Assembly: GCA_002633005.1 (NCBI GenBank)
Contig: NMRA01000248.1
Coordinates: 387,846 to 451,845, forward strand
Reading direction: 5' to 3'
Origin: Phoronis australis
Taxonomy: Eukaryota > Animalia > Phoronida
DNA: 64,000 nt
A program made the position numbers and the translations under genes. Under the pieces are notes generated by a model. That model worked only from the letters and a program-made list of their open reading frames with translations. It was not told the origin of the DNA and did no database searches. Shown here piece after piece: positions 1-11,899 of the stretch. The first letter of the stretch is position 1; each line of letters opens with the position of its first letter.

Positions 1-178
1 CATTACATGAATGACTTCATTTTTAAAACTGCTGCAAACCCATCTTCCTTCAAAGAAGCAAACATTAGATTCATACCACTTGTCATTATAGTCCAGTAGT
101 CATTATAAAACTGCTCTCAACTTGTTCCTTATAATCATATGAAAAGTGGTTTCTAAGCTTGATAAGACCTTACTGTTC

Positions 179-306
179 ATTATTGCTTGAGACCACGCTG
201 GCCATATATAATGACACGTCGTGACAAAGCAAGTTACTGTTTATTATTGCTTGAGACCACGCTGGCCATATATAATGACACGTCGTGACAAAGCAAGTTA
301 CTGTTT
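179..306. repeat. 64-bp perfect tandem duplication (intronic)
   Basis: attattgcttgagaccacgctgg...agttactgttt at 179-242 and 243-306. Confidence 0.9.
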
Positions 307-452
307 GTTACACTTTTAGGAAGAAACCAATTTCATAACTGTAAGTGGTCTAATTAAAAAAGGTATTTTTTGACAAAAAGAAGAGTATAGTGGCTGTATG
401 CTTACATTTTTCCATAGTACAAACCTTCAAATTGAAATCATTTTGTTTTAAG

Positions 453-1642
453 GTTCGTCGAAGTGGAAGTATGACAACCATGTTCACACAGCTAGACTTA
501 GAGCAGAACCGTATTACATATGCTCACACCAGTGGCGAGATTGGACCAAATTTTGTCGAAGACACGTTGACGTTTTTGGTGGCGGATAAGCCCGTTCCTA
601 CAAGCGATGAACTGCCCGTGCGCGATGTGAAAGTAAAAGTACTTCCTGTTGACAATCAGAAACCACGCGTGGATCTCGGCACGTCCATTATTGTTCCAGA
701 AGGGGGCAGAGGGGCGATAGCACAGGAGATGTTGGACGTGAAAGATTTAGATTCTGTTTATGAAGACATTGAGTTTGTGATCATTCGCCAGCCTAAATGG
801 GGATATCTAGAGAACACGAAACCCAACCCCGGCTCTGAGAAAAGTAACAGGGGGAAGCGTATTGATCGTTTCAAGATGGCTGACATTGTTGACACGACTG
901 TGAACTATGTCCAAAGTGTCCACGAGGGTGTGGAGCCCCTGACAGACAATCTTGTGTTGTACGCAACAGATGGCATAAACAGATCACCAAGAATTGTTCT
1001 GTCGATAACTATTGTGCCAGAAAATGATGAAATTCCAAAAGTCAATATGGGTAATTTAGTTGTCATAGAAGGCGGAGAAATTGTCCTTCAAGGAGGTGAA
1101 ATGTTAGATGTGAGTGACAAGGACAGACCCAGAGATCTCTTGATGGTCTCTGTGGATCGTCAACCCAGCCATGGCAATCTGAAGCTTCTTATGTACGCAC
1201 GCACTGCGGGGAACCGTGTGGAGTTACCCATTCATGACTTTGAGTTTGAGCAGTTGAAGACCGATCTGAATCTTATGTATCAGCATGACGGCTCGGAGCA
1301 TTTTGGTGACGAGTTCTCGCTTAAATTTAGTGACGGGAAACATTCAGTCATCAAAACAGTTCTGGTGAATGTGACGGCGAAGAATGATGAACGGCCATCT
1401 TTGTTAAGAAATGCTGGCTTGCGGGTAAATTTCGGTGATTCTGCCGTAATTTCTAGTCTGGTTTTGAGGTCACATGATGCCGATAATGATCGCTCGGAGG
1501 TTTACTACGTAATAGTAAGCATACCAAAGCGTGGTGTGATACAGAAATTGCGAAAAACTCCCACAGACAGGCGAGAGATTTGGGATGAGCTGGGTGTTGG
1601 TTCTAATTTCACTCAAAAAGACGTTGACATGAATTATGTCAG
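453..1642 (+). CDS. FREM1: FREM1-like exon: CSPG/cadherin-like repeats
   Basis: ttttgttttaAG acceptor and AG|GTTTGT donor. CSPG motifs FTQLDLEQNRITYAH, QPKWGYLEN, YQHDGSE..DEF, NFTQKDVD. Confidence 0.9.
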
Positions 1643-4600
1643 GTTTGTCATTGTTATTCATCTTTTGTTACGTCATGCTCGTTCTGTATAATAACCGTCG
1701 AAATATTTTCTCGTGAAATAATTACATCTTGTTAGCATTGAACATTTATGAATAGCTCATGAAGTTGTCTATAAAATGCAATGTCATCAGTGCAGACAGA
1801 CTTAATTTTCATTTTGCTGCTTGACTTACAGACTTTCCACAGTTCTCCACTCTGTTGAAAGTGCAAGTTAAACAAAGTTTTAGTTCTTTCAAATGTTAAA
1901 CTACCTTTTAGAATAATGCCTTACAATGCAAAGTTTGTATCGTTTTTACAATTCTTGTGATGTTGGAATTAATTTACATGTTTTCATGTTGATTTTTCCG
2001 AGATCATAAGAGTTTATAATTTTTGTGAATCAGTAGTTGCAGCAAATATGTTGATACATTCAAATTTCAGATACATGAATACTGGGCTTCCTGGCCGTCG
2101 GGGAACTGACAAGTTCAAGTTTAGACTCACAGATGGCGTTCACTTTTCCCATCACGAAACATTTGAGATAGAAATAAAGCATTCTCGTAAAGGTGAGATA
2201 GCGATTATCAATCGAGGCCTTGACATTGATGAAGGCGATCAAAAGGTTATAACGCCCTCTGACCTCACTGCTCTGGATGGGTCCAACGCACCCGATCATC
2301 TCCAGTTCACTGTGACGAACCCTCCTTTGCAAGGACATCTGGAATTGACGTCCAAACCGGGCCAGGCAGTAAACGCATTCTCCCAAATGGACATACTTGG
2401 AAGTCTTCTTGTGTATGTTCACCAGAGTAAAGTTGACGTACCCGAAGATCTCTTCACTTTTGTTGTGTCAAATGGTGTCCGCGGTATGCAGAAGACTGGC
2501 ATTTTTGTCATTAGAATTCGTGCCGTGGACAGAGAGTTGCCTTCACTGGACTACACCTCACCCATCAAAGCACTGCTAGGTGGCGCTGTTCGCCTTACTG
2601 CTGATTACATCAAAGCTACAGATCCTGATACGGATGCGAAGAATATTACATTTACAATTTCGCATCAACCAGACTACGGAGTCATCACCAAAAATGGTCG
2701 ATCAGTAGAAAGATTTACGCAGTCAGACATAGATGAAGGTGTTGTGATTTACCAGAATACAAAATCTGGTGGCAGCATTGACCGATTTATTTTTACCATT
2801 GATGATGGACACCATCTTGGATTCTTCATAGATGGCCAACTGCAAAAACGTCCGGTCATCTTCAGCATACTTCTTGAAAACCCCGAAACGCAACCTCCTC
2901 GGCTTGAACTGAACAAATCACCGGATTTACTTGACTCTGTGAGTCGTGGCAAATATGGGTTTGTTCTCAGTAAACGTAACTTAGCGGCAGCAGATAAAAC
3001 ATCCCCAGACAGCCAGGTCAGTTATGTGATAACCCAACCCCCTAAATATGGGTATCTGCAACACAATGATAAACATGGCGGTGACATTATTGGACAGAGA
3101 CTGAAGCAGAGAGACATTGATGATGGCGGAATATTGTATATTTTGCAAGACAATGTTGAAGAGACTAACGATTCTTTCTCATTCAGACTGCAAGATACGT
3201 CAGGACATGTTAGTGAAAAAGAATACAGGTACAACTTAATTCTTGCAGCTAAAATATTTCTTTTGTTTTTATTTTATCAAAACTTAGGTGACGCTAATAC
3301 AGTAATTCATAAATGGCTTGTTTGGATTCGTTTAACATCGTAGACAATTTCTTGTCAGTAGTTGTATGATAAATTGTTGGTTTAGAATGGACATTCAATT
3401 GCATTCATCCACTGTTAGTGATATGGTAAACTAATACAGTGTGCAATTCACACTCTGTGCTTTCTCAGGGCTTGGAATTTTCCTCTTTTAAGAGGATTTC
3501 CTCTTTTTTGGTTTCGATTTCCTCGTATTTGATTTCCAGTCTCCTCTTTTTCCGTCTCTTTCTTACTATTATTTCGACTTAATGCATTCAAAAAGTTTAT
3601 TTCAGTTAAATTTTACAAGAAAAAATTCTGTCACACATGCCAATTTATTTGTGGAATGATACATCACCTGGAAAATTTTCCCATTTTTTGTCATTGGTCA
3701 TTCCAAGCCCTGTTTCAGTAGACAGTACTTGATGTTCCTATACCCTTTGGGAGTTTCTGTTTTTATTATCCAGATTTGTCATGAGTTGGCCTTTGCTAGA
3801 GTTCAGTCGGTCTGAGTATGTTGTTTGTGAGACGGCCGGAATGGTGTCTGTCACCATCGTCCGGTCTGGAGCCCTTCAAGACTCATCNACTGGACTACAC
3901 CTCACCCATCAAAGCACTGCTAGGTGGCGCTGTTCGCCTTACTGCTGATTACATCAAAGCTACAGATCCTGATACGGATGCGAAGAACATTACATTTACA
4001 ATTTCGCATCAGCCAGACTACGGAGTCATCACCAAAAATGGTCGATCGGTAGAAAGATTTACGCAGTCAGACGTAGATGAAGGTGTTGTGATTTACCAGA
4101 ATACAAAATCTGGTGGCAGCATTGACCAATTTATTTTCACCATTGATGATGGACACCATCTTGGATTCTTCATAGATGGCCAACTGCAAAAACGTCCGGT
4201 CATCTTCAGCATACTTCTTGAAAACCCCGAAACGCAACCTCCTCGGCTTGAACTGAACAAATCACCGGATTTACTTGACTCGGTGAGTCGTGGCAAATAT
4301 GGGTTTGTTCTCAGTAAACGTAACTTAGTGGCAGCAGATAAAACATCCCCAGACAGCCAGGTCAGTTATGTGATAACCCAACCCCCTAAATACGGGTATC
4401 TGCAACACAATGATAAACATGGCGGTGACATTATTGGACAGAGACTGAAGCAGAGAGACATTGATGATGGCGGAATATTGTATATTCTGCAAGACGATGT
4501 TGAAGAGACTAACGATTCTTTCTCATTTAGACTGCAAGATACGTCGGGACATGTTAGTGAAAAAGAATACAGGTACAACTCTTTAATTCTTGCAGCTAAA

Positions 4601-7600
4601 ATATTTCTTTTGTTTTTATTTTATCAAAACTTAGGTGACGCTAATACAGTAATTCATAAATGGCTTGCTTGGATTTGTTTAACATCGTAGACGATTTCTT
4701 GTCAGTAGTTTTGATCATCTCTTTGTAAACCTGTTGTATGGTTTAGAATGGACATTCAATTGTATTCATCCACTGTTAGTGATACGGTAAACTAATTGGG
4801 TGTACAATTCACAGTCTGTGCTTTCTCAGGGCTTGGAATTTTCCTCTTTTAAGAGGATTTCCTCTTTTTAGTTTAGATTTCTTCTTATTTGATTTCCAGT
4901 CTCCTCTTTTTTCGTCTCTTTCTTATTATTATTTCGACTTTATGCATGCAAAAAAATTCTGTCACACATGCCAGTTTATTTGTGGAACAATACATCACCT
5001 GGAAAATTTTCCCATTTTTTGTCATTGTTCATTCCAAGCCCTGTTTCAGTAGACAGTACTTGATGTTCCTATACCCTTTGGGAGTTTCTGTTTTTATTAT
5101 CCAGATTTGTCATGAGTTGGCCTTTGCTAGAGTTCAGTCGGTCTGAGTATGTTGTTTGTGAGACGGCCGGAATGGTGTCTGTCACCATCGTCCGGTCTGG
5201 AGCCCTTCAAGACTCATCCTTTGTGGAGGTAATGGTGAGGAGTTCCCAGGCACGGGAGGACGAGGATTATGAACTGGGCAAAGGCAAACAGGTGCAGTTT
5301 AGCCCTGGTGAGTAACAGAAGTAGGCTTGATTCTGATTTACAGGGGTGTAGCTCAAACCTGAAAACGTTAGTTTAATATTTAGGCATGCCAACAACTTTT
5401 TATCTGATGATTGAGGAAACGTACGGCCTATTGCAAGGCAAGCTAGTGTGACCATGTGCTGTACTTGTATTGCATGGCGGTATCTCATGAACACTTGGTG
5501 AGAGTCGTGCGTCTACAGGACGCATCTCTGTATGTTGAAGCCTATAGCCCTGTTCATGGAAGTCTGCAGCCCTAGCTGTTCGTGGAAAGTCTTTACGAAG
5601 TCTCACAACCCGCAGACAGTTTCCCGTTGTCTAGTAGCAGATTAGGGCTATGACATCAGTCAAAAGATCAGCTAATACATAAATCAGTTCTGTTCAAACT
5701 GTTATTTCCTATTTTTATTACAGGCATGAGATCAGCCACCTATAACATTATCGTCAAAAAAGATGACTTGAAAGAAGCGAATGAAAAGATTCGTCTAGTT
5801 TTGAAGTCACCTGTCAACGCTGTACTTGGAAAGACTCGTAAAACTATAGTGCAAATTGTGGATGCTAGAAAAGGTACCATGGCTGTAAGGTTGTCAAATT
5901 ACTTGTTTCTCAGATGTTTTAGAATTATCATAAAATCTTTTAACAGTTAATGTGATCACTGTTTTGAGGATCCTGTACACATTGACATTATTGCCTCACT
6001 ATCAAGCTCTCAAGTTGAAAGTCAGCAGACATGTAGGTATGCTACAATGAAGGACGCGCTTAGCAAAAAAGAACGAGCATTAATTTTTCACTTAGTAATT
6101 ATTCTGAAATAACAGTTTACTTTATGTGAAAAATTGTTATCCAGTCAACTTTTGTGTGCTTTGAGATAGATGAATGTTGCTTTTCCTTAGGATGAACGAT
6201 TGACCCTGGTATCAGGCGTGGTCAAGTTAGTCCTTATATAATTAAATTAATTTGCTCACCCCTTTGTGGTGTTCTGAGGGTTTACATGTTTGTTCACTTG
6301 AGTCTTTTGCTGGGATAATGGTTTGCAAGCACCACTTACTAAAGGTTGGACATTTTATTCATGAAGAACCCATTGCACTGGTCAAACAGTGATTGTTTAT
6401 GAGTCGATCACCTGCTCCATCTCTCTGTTTACATTACCAGGTCACTGTGCATACACTCCTGGTATGATTGGGGGTGACCCTCCTCCAGCGGTCGTACAAC
6501 CGGCCTCGGTTGAGCGTAGAAATGGAGAGATAATCAGAACGGTAAGTCACTTTGAGTCAAAAGACTGTGCCTTCTTTCATAATCAACATTATAACAGGAA
6601 AATTTTGTAATTAGTCGGAAGATTTTTTCTGCGTGAACGAGTTGGTCAATAATTAGCTTGAAAATACTGGTTTTTGATAAAGGGTTTCTTTTGATTCTAA
6701 AGGTGTTTTGTTTATAATGTTACAACCACCTCTATTGTTTAGTTTGCTCTTGAGTGCACTGAACTACTAAATGTTTCTTTCCTAAATTGATTATGTGTCC
6801 ATTCGTGCATGTGCGCATGCTTTCAATAACTTGACATGTCTAATACTACGCAAACCTGGGAGAACTAAGAAAAACAATATTCTTTTGCGAGTACTCATAG
6901 CCTTGTAAATGTTGGCTGTCAGTAACATATCTGTTGCGACAACAGATGGCACTGCACTGCTCTTTTCCTCCAATAGTACCATGGTATTGCTGGGGTTAAC
7001 AAGAAAACGAAACCTGTAACTAAAAGTCGTGGCTACTCAGGAAATAGCCAGGGTGCTGAAGATGGTAGCAAGAAAAAAAGGAAACGAAAATTACGTAAAA
7101 ACTTACGTAGGAAGTCTAAGAAAAAATCACAGCCCAAGGTTTGTATGCTGTTAGAAGGGTTTGTAAGAGAGCTTGGCTAATTAAAAATAGTACATTTATT
7201 GTTATTCACTGTTGCCATTGTTGATACTGTATTTATTAGGTGAATTCTTATGTTTCATATTGTATCATTATCGTTATATTGGGATATTGCTGTTTTAGGA
7301 TACAGTTGTATCGAGACATTTGGCAACTATATTTTATTGGGTGGTAATTGTAATGGGATATTATTATATCAGGATATTATTGTATCTGGACCGTATTGTG
7401 TTATCGTATGATTGTATCAGAATATTGTTTGTTTCAGGACATCATTTTATCTGGTTGGTTTTGAGATTTTATTGTGTAATATTGTATTACTATAAGACAC
7501 TATTGTGTTGGGATATTAGTGTATCAGATCACTAATATTGTATTGGATCACAATTGTATTGGAACATTATTTTAGTGTGGCATCAAGCACAAGTATTTCA

Positions 7601-10336
7601 TGTGTTCTGCTGCTTTGGCTCAAAGTAGACAGGAAAGTACAACATTATTTTCTTGTTGGTCACGTGATTTTGTCGATGTTCCTTCTAATGAAATATTTGG
7701 ATTTATTTATTGTTTCAATCATTTGTAGCTTCTGAAATTTACATTTGTTTTTCCAGATGAAAGCTTGCACTGAAAAAAGGCTTGGTACATTTCACCACAG
7801 TCCTGATACTAACGAGCTTTTTATATGTCACGGGTTATTGTGGAAGAAGGTGAACCCTACGGGGGGTCGACGAAAACTGAGACGGCTGGAAAAGTCAGGA
7901 AAACAAAGGAAGCATCGTGCGAAGGAACAAGTCTGTTCTGAGGGTAATTTCTAATCAGCAAAATTATAATGTTGCATTAAAAACAACACTCTTGTTGCTT
8001 TACCTAACGTACGTTTTGAGAGTGTTTTAGTGAATTGAAAATGTTTTTTTTATCTATATTTCATGCACGCACCCAGGGGAGGCTCGGGGGGGCTCGAACG
8101 AGCCTCGAACGAGCCTCCCCATTTGGCGAAGTGGGCAAAAAGGTCCGCCTCAGAGAGACAAAAAGTCCGAGAAAATGAGGCATAGTCCATTAAACATGCG
8201 CAAACGCGCAATTCACAGTGGTGCTCCCGTTTTTTTTAATATTTTTTTTAGTCCGCCCGCTTTTTTGTTACCAAAAGGTCCACAAAGTCAGGAATTTGAG
8301 CCACCCCGATACTGGAGGCTGGGTGCGCGCATGTATGTGAATAGGTACATGATTGTCGCACAACCGTACGAATGTTTTTATGAGCATCTGTAACTCATGT
8401 ACACCTGTAAACTGTAACTTGGCAACAAAACTGGCTGAATGCTGACTGTGTCGTTGGTTGTATAGTTATCTGCAAACTCACTTAAATTCACAATGTTTGT
8501 AGCAACATCAGGTGTGGCTTGTATGTAATGTGTTTCCTTGGCCACCAGGTGTCACTTTCATAAAATACATTTCCCTGGCTACCAAATGCCACTTGTGCAT
8601 AACATGTTTCCATGAACACCAGGTTGGCTTGATAAACACGGTGCTTGCTACATTGTTGGAGAGGGGTTAAAGACTTGGAATGACGCGCAGAGATTTTGTA
8701 AGGAACACCACAGAGCTAACCTGCCCTTCATTGAGTCCAAGAAAATGCTGAGATTAATGTTCAAACTGACACGACACCAGCCGTTCTGGATTGGTAACTA
8801 TAGATTTTGCCTGTTTCTCTCTCAAATTACATTCTCCAACATCTTAAACTGGTATCATAATCACGTCAAGTCAAAAATTGTTTACAAAGGGTTTTGCTAA
8901 TGTGTTATTGTGTGGACATTTTGATTTTTTGGCTATGCNTGAGCATCTGTAACTCATGTACACCTGTAAACTGTAACTTGGCAACATAACTGGCTGAACG
9001 CTGACTGTGTCGTTGGTTGTATAGTTATCTGCAAACTCACTTAAATTCACAGTGTTTGTAGCAACATCAGGTGTGGCTTGTATGTAATGTGTTTCCTTGG
9101 CCACCAGGTGTCACTTTCATAAAATACATTTCCCTGGCTACCAAATGCCACTTGTGCATAACATGTTTCCTTGAACACCAGGTTGGCTTGATAAACACGG
9201 TGCTTGCTACATTGTTGGAGAGGGGTTAAAGACTTGGAATGACGCGCAGAGATTTTGTAAGGAACACCACAGAGCTAACCTGCCCTTCATTGAGTCCAAG
9301 AAAATGCTGAGATTAATGTTCAAACTGACACGACACCAGCCGTTCTGGATTGGTAACTATAGATTTTGCCTGTTTCTCTCTCAAATTACATTCTCCAACA
9401 TCTTAAACTGGTATCATAATCACGTCAAGTCAAAAATTGTTTACAAAGGGTTTTGCTAATGTGTTATTGTGTGGACATTTTGATTTTTTGGCTATGCCAA
9501 AGATAACGATGCTAGGTTAGACGTACATTTAATGATTGTACTTTGTTAAATTGTTAAGTGTAAAAGAAAAACTTTATTACACATAATCCTAATGTTGACT
9601 TTTGCCTTTTTTGTTACCAGTTAGTGAAAAAGAAAGCAAATTCTCAGTGTTTTATTTCAAATAACTCTTCATGTCGTAAATTACATCCTTCTGCTTCTTA
9701 AGTAGAAATTTTTCTTTAAGTTATGCTACAAAGTGTTTGTCTTTGTTTTTTGAATACAAAACAGATTAGGCCAAAAAAGCAAAGTTGGTTTTTTGTCTCT
9801 AGTCTCATTTTGAGGCCTGCGCTCACAACACAAAAGAAATGTGCCAAGGTTTCATGTTTTTTGAAAAGGTGCACAAAGGCACGCGAGTAAAGGGTAAGCA
9901 AGATTTGAAACTCCAAGTGACAAGTGCTGAGGAAAAAAACAAGTCCCGTATCACTTTTACTCATTTCAGTTGAATTTTCTTTTTGAGAAAGTGAGCAACG
10001 AAAACATATTGCACCACGAAACTGATTTTCAAAAAACAACGGAGTCCAGAACCAGTTAGGCTTTTATTGGCCTTACCAATATGTTGCGGACTTTCACTGT
10101 CAAAAAGCAAATGTTTGTTCCTTGTGTTGACAGGTCTCAATGACAAGTTCCAGGCCAACAGTTGGAGCTTTGTCAGTGGTCAAAGAGCTGCCTTTACTTA
10201 CTGGAAGTCTGGTTATCCAAAGAATACCTCTGGCAGTCAGGACCACTGTGTAATGGTTAATGACAACACAAGGTGGCAGCACTTTGCATGCAACGAAAAG
10301 AAAGCTAAGTATATATGTTATAAAGAATCAGTATGA
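453..10336 (+). CDS. FREM1: FRAS1-related extracellular matrix protein 1 (FREM1/QBRICK)-like, 5'-truncated multi-exon gene
   Basis: Non-redundant exons 453-1642, 2071-3228, 5105-5307, 5724-5873, 6441-6541, 6977-7138, 7757-7943, 8623-8793 (or 9182-9352) and 10134-10336. All have AG/GT ends with matching phases and total 3525 nt including the stop. CSPG repeats + single Calx-beta + C-terminal C-type lectin is the FREM1 architecture (FRAS1/FREM2 have several Calx-beta domains and a TM segment). Confidence 0.9.
2071..3228 (+). CDS. FREM1: FREM1-like exon: CSPG repeats
   Basis: atttcAG acceptor (phase 2) and AG|GTACAA donor. Motifs FSQMDI..YVH, FTQSDIDEG..IY, TNDSFSFRLQD. Confidence 0.9.
3466..3712. 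mobile_element. MITE-like element in a FREM1 intron (second copy 4827-5043)
   Basis: Perfect 13-bp terminal inverted repeat CAGGGCTTGGAAT / ATTCCAAGCCCTG, internal ttcctc repeats, non-coding. No clear 8-bp TSD. Confidence 0.65.
3889..4572 (+). CDS. FREM1: Second copy (probably the other haplotype) of the 3' part of the FREM1 CSPG exon
   Basis: Starts mid-exon right after the N at 3888 and is near-identical to 2545-3228, with four amino-acid differences (I/V, R/Q, A/V, N/D). Confidence 0.75.
5105..5307 (+). CDS. FREM1: FREM1-like exon: Calx-beta N-half
   Basis: RFVMSWPLLEFSRSEYVVCETAGMVSVTIVRSG...VQFSPG; ccAG acceptor, G|GTGAGT donor. A truncated copy lies at 3774-3887. Confidence 0.9.
5724..5873 (+). 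CDS. FREM1: FREM1-like exon: Calx-beta C-half
   Basis: DDLKEANEKIRLVLKSPVNAVLG motif; phase 1-1 splice sites. Confidence 0.9.
6441..6541 (+). CDS. FREM1: FREM1-like linker exon
   Basis: ttaccAG acceptor, G|GTAAGT donor; GHCAYTPG...VQPASVERRNGEIIRT. Confidence 0.8.
6977..7138 (+). CDS. FREM1: FREM1-like Lys/Arg-rich linker exon (not in ORF track)
   Basis: ttttcctccaatAG acceptor, AAG|GTTTGT donor, 162 nt, phase 0-0, open frame YHGIAGVNKK...KKKRKRKLRKNLRRKSKKKSQPK. Confidence 0.75.
7757..7943 (+). CDS. FREM1: FREM1-like pre-lectin exon
   Basis: tttttccAG acceptor, G|GTAATT donor; MKACTEKRLGTFHH...LFICHGLLWK...VCSEG. Confidence 0.85.
8062..8333. mobile_element. MITE-like element in a FREM1 intron
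   Basis: TIR CATGCACGCACCCAG / CTGGGTGCGCGCATG (14/15), GC-rich relative to flanks, internal aaaaggtcc repeats. Confidence 0.65.
8623..8793 (+). CDS. FREM1: FREM1-like exon: C-type lectin N-half (copy 1; not in ORF track)
   Basis: GWLDKHGACYIV..KTWNDAQRFCKEHHRANL...FWIG, a canonical CTLD pattern; phase 1-1. Confidence 0.9.
9182..9352 (+). CDS. FREM1: FREM1-like C-type lectin N-half exon (copy 2, probably the other haplotype)
   Basis: Identical by eye to 8623-8793; lies within the duplication that starts after the N at 8939. Confidence 0.7.
10134..10336 (+). CDS. FREM1: FREM1-like last coding exon: C-type lectin C-half
   Basis: gacAG acceptor; GLNDK..WSFVSG..FTYW...DHCV...WQHFAC...YICYK then TGA. 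Confidence 0.9.
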
Positions 10337-11330
10337 TAAAATTTAAACATTGGATTTATTTTACTGAACTCGCATTTCTCTAGTCTTGCCAAATGTCACT
10401 TATCGTAGCACTATGTTCATCTCTGCTGGATGAAAAATACTTTGCAAAGGAAACATTATCATTGTAACTTGTACTTTTGTTTTTTGTTGTATGTTTTATG
10501 ACTGTTCAAATATCTTTAAGGATGCATAATTATAGTGAAGAAGGTCAGCATAGCGTTTCTACTCTCAATGTTTTAATAACTTAAAGTGTAATCTAAGATA
10601 AAATGAAGAATTTTTATCATTTTATTACTCACATTGTTGTTATTATGTAATACTCATTTTTACCTATTTTTCTATTTTTATTTGCTTTTAAGTAGGCTAT
10701 GAACAGGTTCACTTTATCTGCTATATATATACAACACGGTGACAATCTTTTTACTGATATTGGCACCAAAATTTTGCCTTCTTCTGTATAAAAATTACTT
10801 AGTATTTGAAAGAATGAAGTTGACGAGTTTTTATTTGTGTGCTTTGTGAGTCGAGCTCGATGTTCTGTCCTGCTGTATGATAAAGCTTCCTCAAATTTGA
10901 ACAAATAATGGCAAAATTTGTTGCTATTTCATTTTTCAAACACTAACTTAATTGCTGAAATGTTCAAAATTTAATCATGTGTTTATATGCGACAGTTGTA
11001 CTATATAAAGTTTTCAAATAATCACAAAAAATTGTCTTCTTGTTTGCTGTTGTTGAAAATTTTGATAGAAAAATTTCGCTGTTCCACCTCTTTGTGTACT
11101 AATTTTAAGAATTGTTGCCATGGTTATTGCAATCAAGGTAGAAATTAATTTTGTGTACGATATGTAACATATCTGGTAGAGTTGATTTAGTGGACTAAAC
11201 AGGGATCACGTGTCTTAGTGTGGTTTCTCACTCGACATTTTGTTTAGCGTGACTTCTGGCCAGTTTCCCATTTATCTCGGGGACAATTATATGTAATATG
11301 TAGCAGTTAGGATACATTGTATTTATGTCC

Positions 11331-11336
11331 AATAAA
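11331..11336 (+). terminator. Candidate FREM1 polyadenylation signal
   Basis: AATAAA about 1 kb after the stop, followed by a GT-rich tract (gtgggtgtggtg). Confidence 0.45.
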
Positions 11337-11790
11337 TTTTATACATTTTTGCAGTGGGTGTGGTGCATTAGTTGTTGAAAATCGCGCCAAGAGAAAAATA
11401 AAAAGGTATTTGTAACTACACTGAATCTCACTCCCATTGGGGTTTTCTTTTCCTGGCTGGGTTGCATAAGACGTGAAAACTTATTCACTGAATAGGTTTA
11501 ATTATTGTATGTCGCAAGTGCATTGTTCAACTATGGGACTGTGATGTGTCATCGTGTAATAGTATCAGTGTTGGTGTGGAATGTAGAATTTTTGTGCAAT
11601 GGGACTGTGGTTTGTATCTCATCAATCTACCAGCAGGGGGAGCTTGAGTATCTTCATGTAGACGTTAAGTCAAAGGTAACAAGTTTAAGAAGCTAACACA
11701 CTGTTTCTTAGTCTGTGAACAAATAAGAACCAAACACGTTTGCAAACTTAGGACAAAGACAACAACAGTGTTACTGGTGATATAAATACA

Positions 11791-11796
11791 TTTATT
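11791..11796 (-). terminator. Candidate distal ADAMTS polyadenylation signal
   Basis: AATAAA on the - strand with downstream tgttgttgtctttgt. Confidence 0.4.
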
Positions 11797-11899
11797 TAAT
11801 CTCTATGAGATCGCACATATAAATAAAATAAAACAAAAGAAAAATGCTCTCAAAAGGTAAGGGACTTGTACTATAAGTATTGAAATGTTAATAGGTGTA

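Larger units (their letters stand above)
2545..5218. repeat. About 1.33-kb direct duplication split by N (2545-3887 / 3889-5218), probable haplotype artefact
   Basis: Copies abut the N at 3888 and differ by SNPs and small indels. Confidence 0.85.
8381..9497. repeat. 558-bp direct duplication split by N (8381-8938 / 8940-9497), probable haplotype artefact
   Basis: Copies abut the N at 8939, with a few SNPs. Confidence 0.85.

Noticed and set aside
3818-4690. 290-aa ORF as a separate gene
   Set aside because: It is a chimera across the N of an out-of-frame Calx-beta exon fragment and the duplicate CSPG exon.
5404-5428. CTGATGA-TTGAG-GAAAC as a minimal hammerhead ribozyme
   Set aside because: No stem II pairing and no UH cleavage triplet closing stem III.
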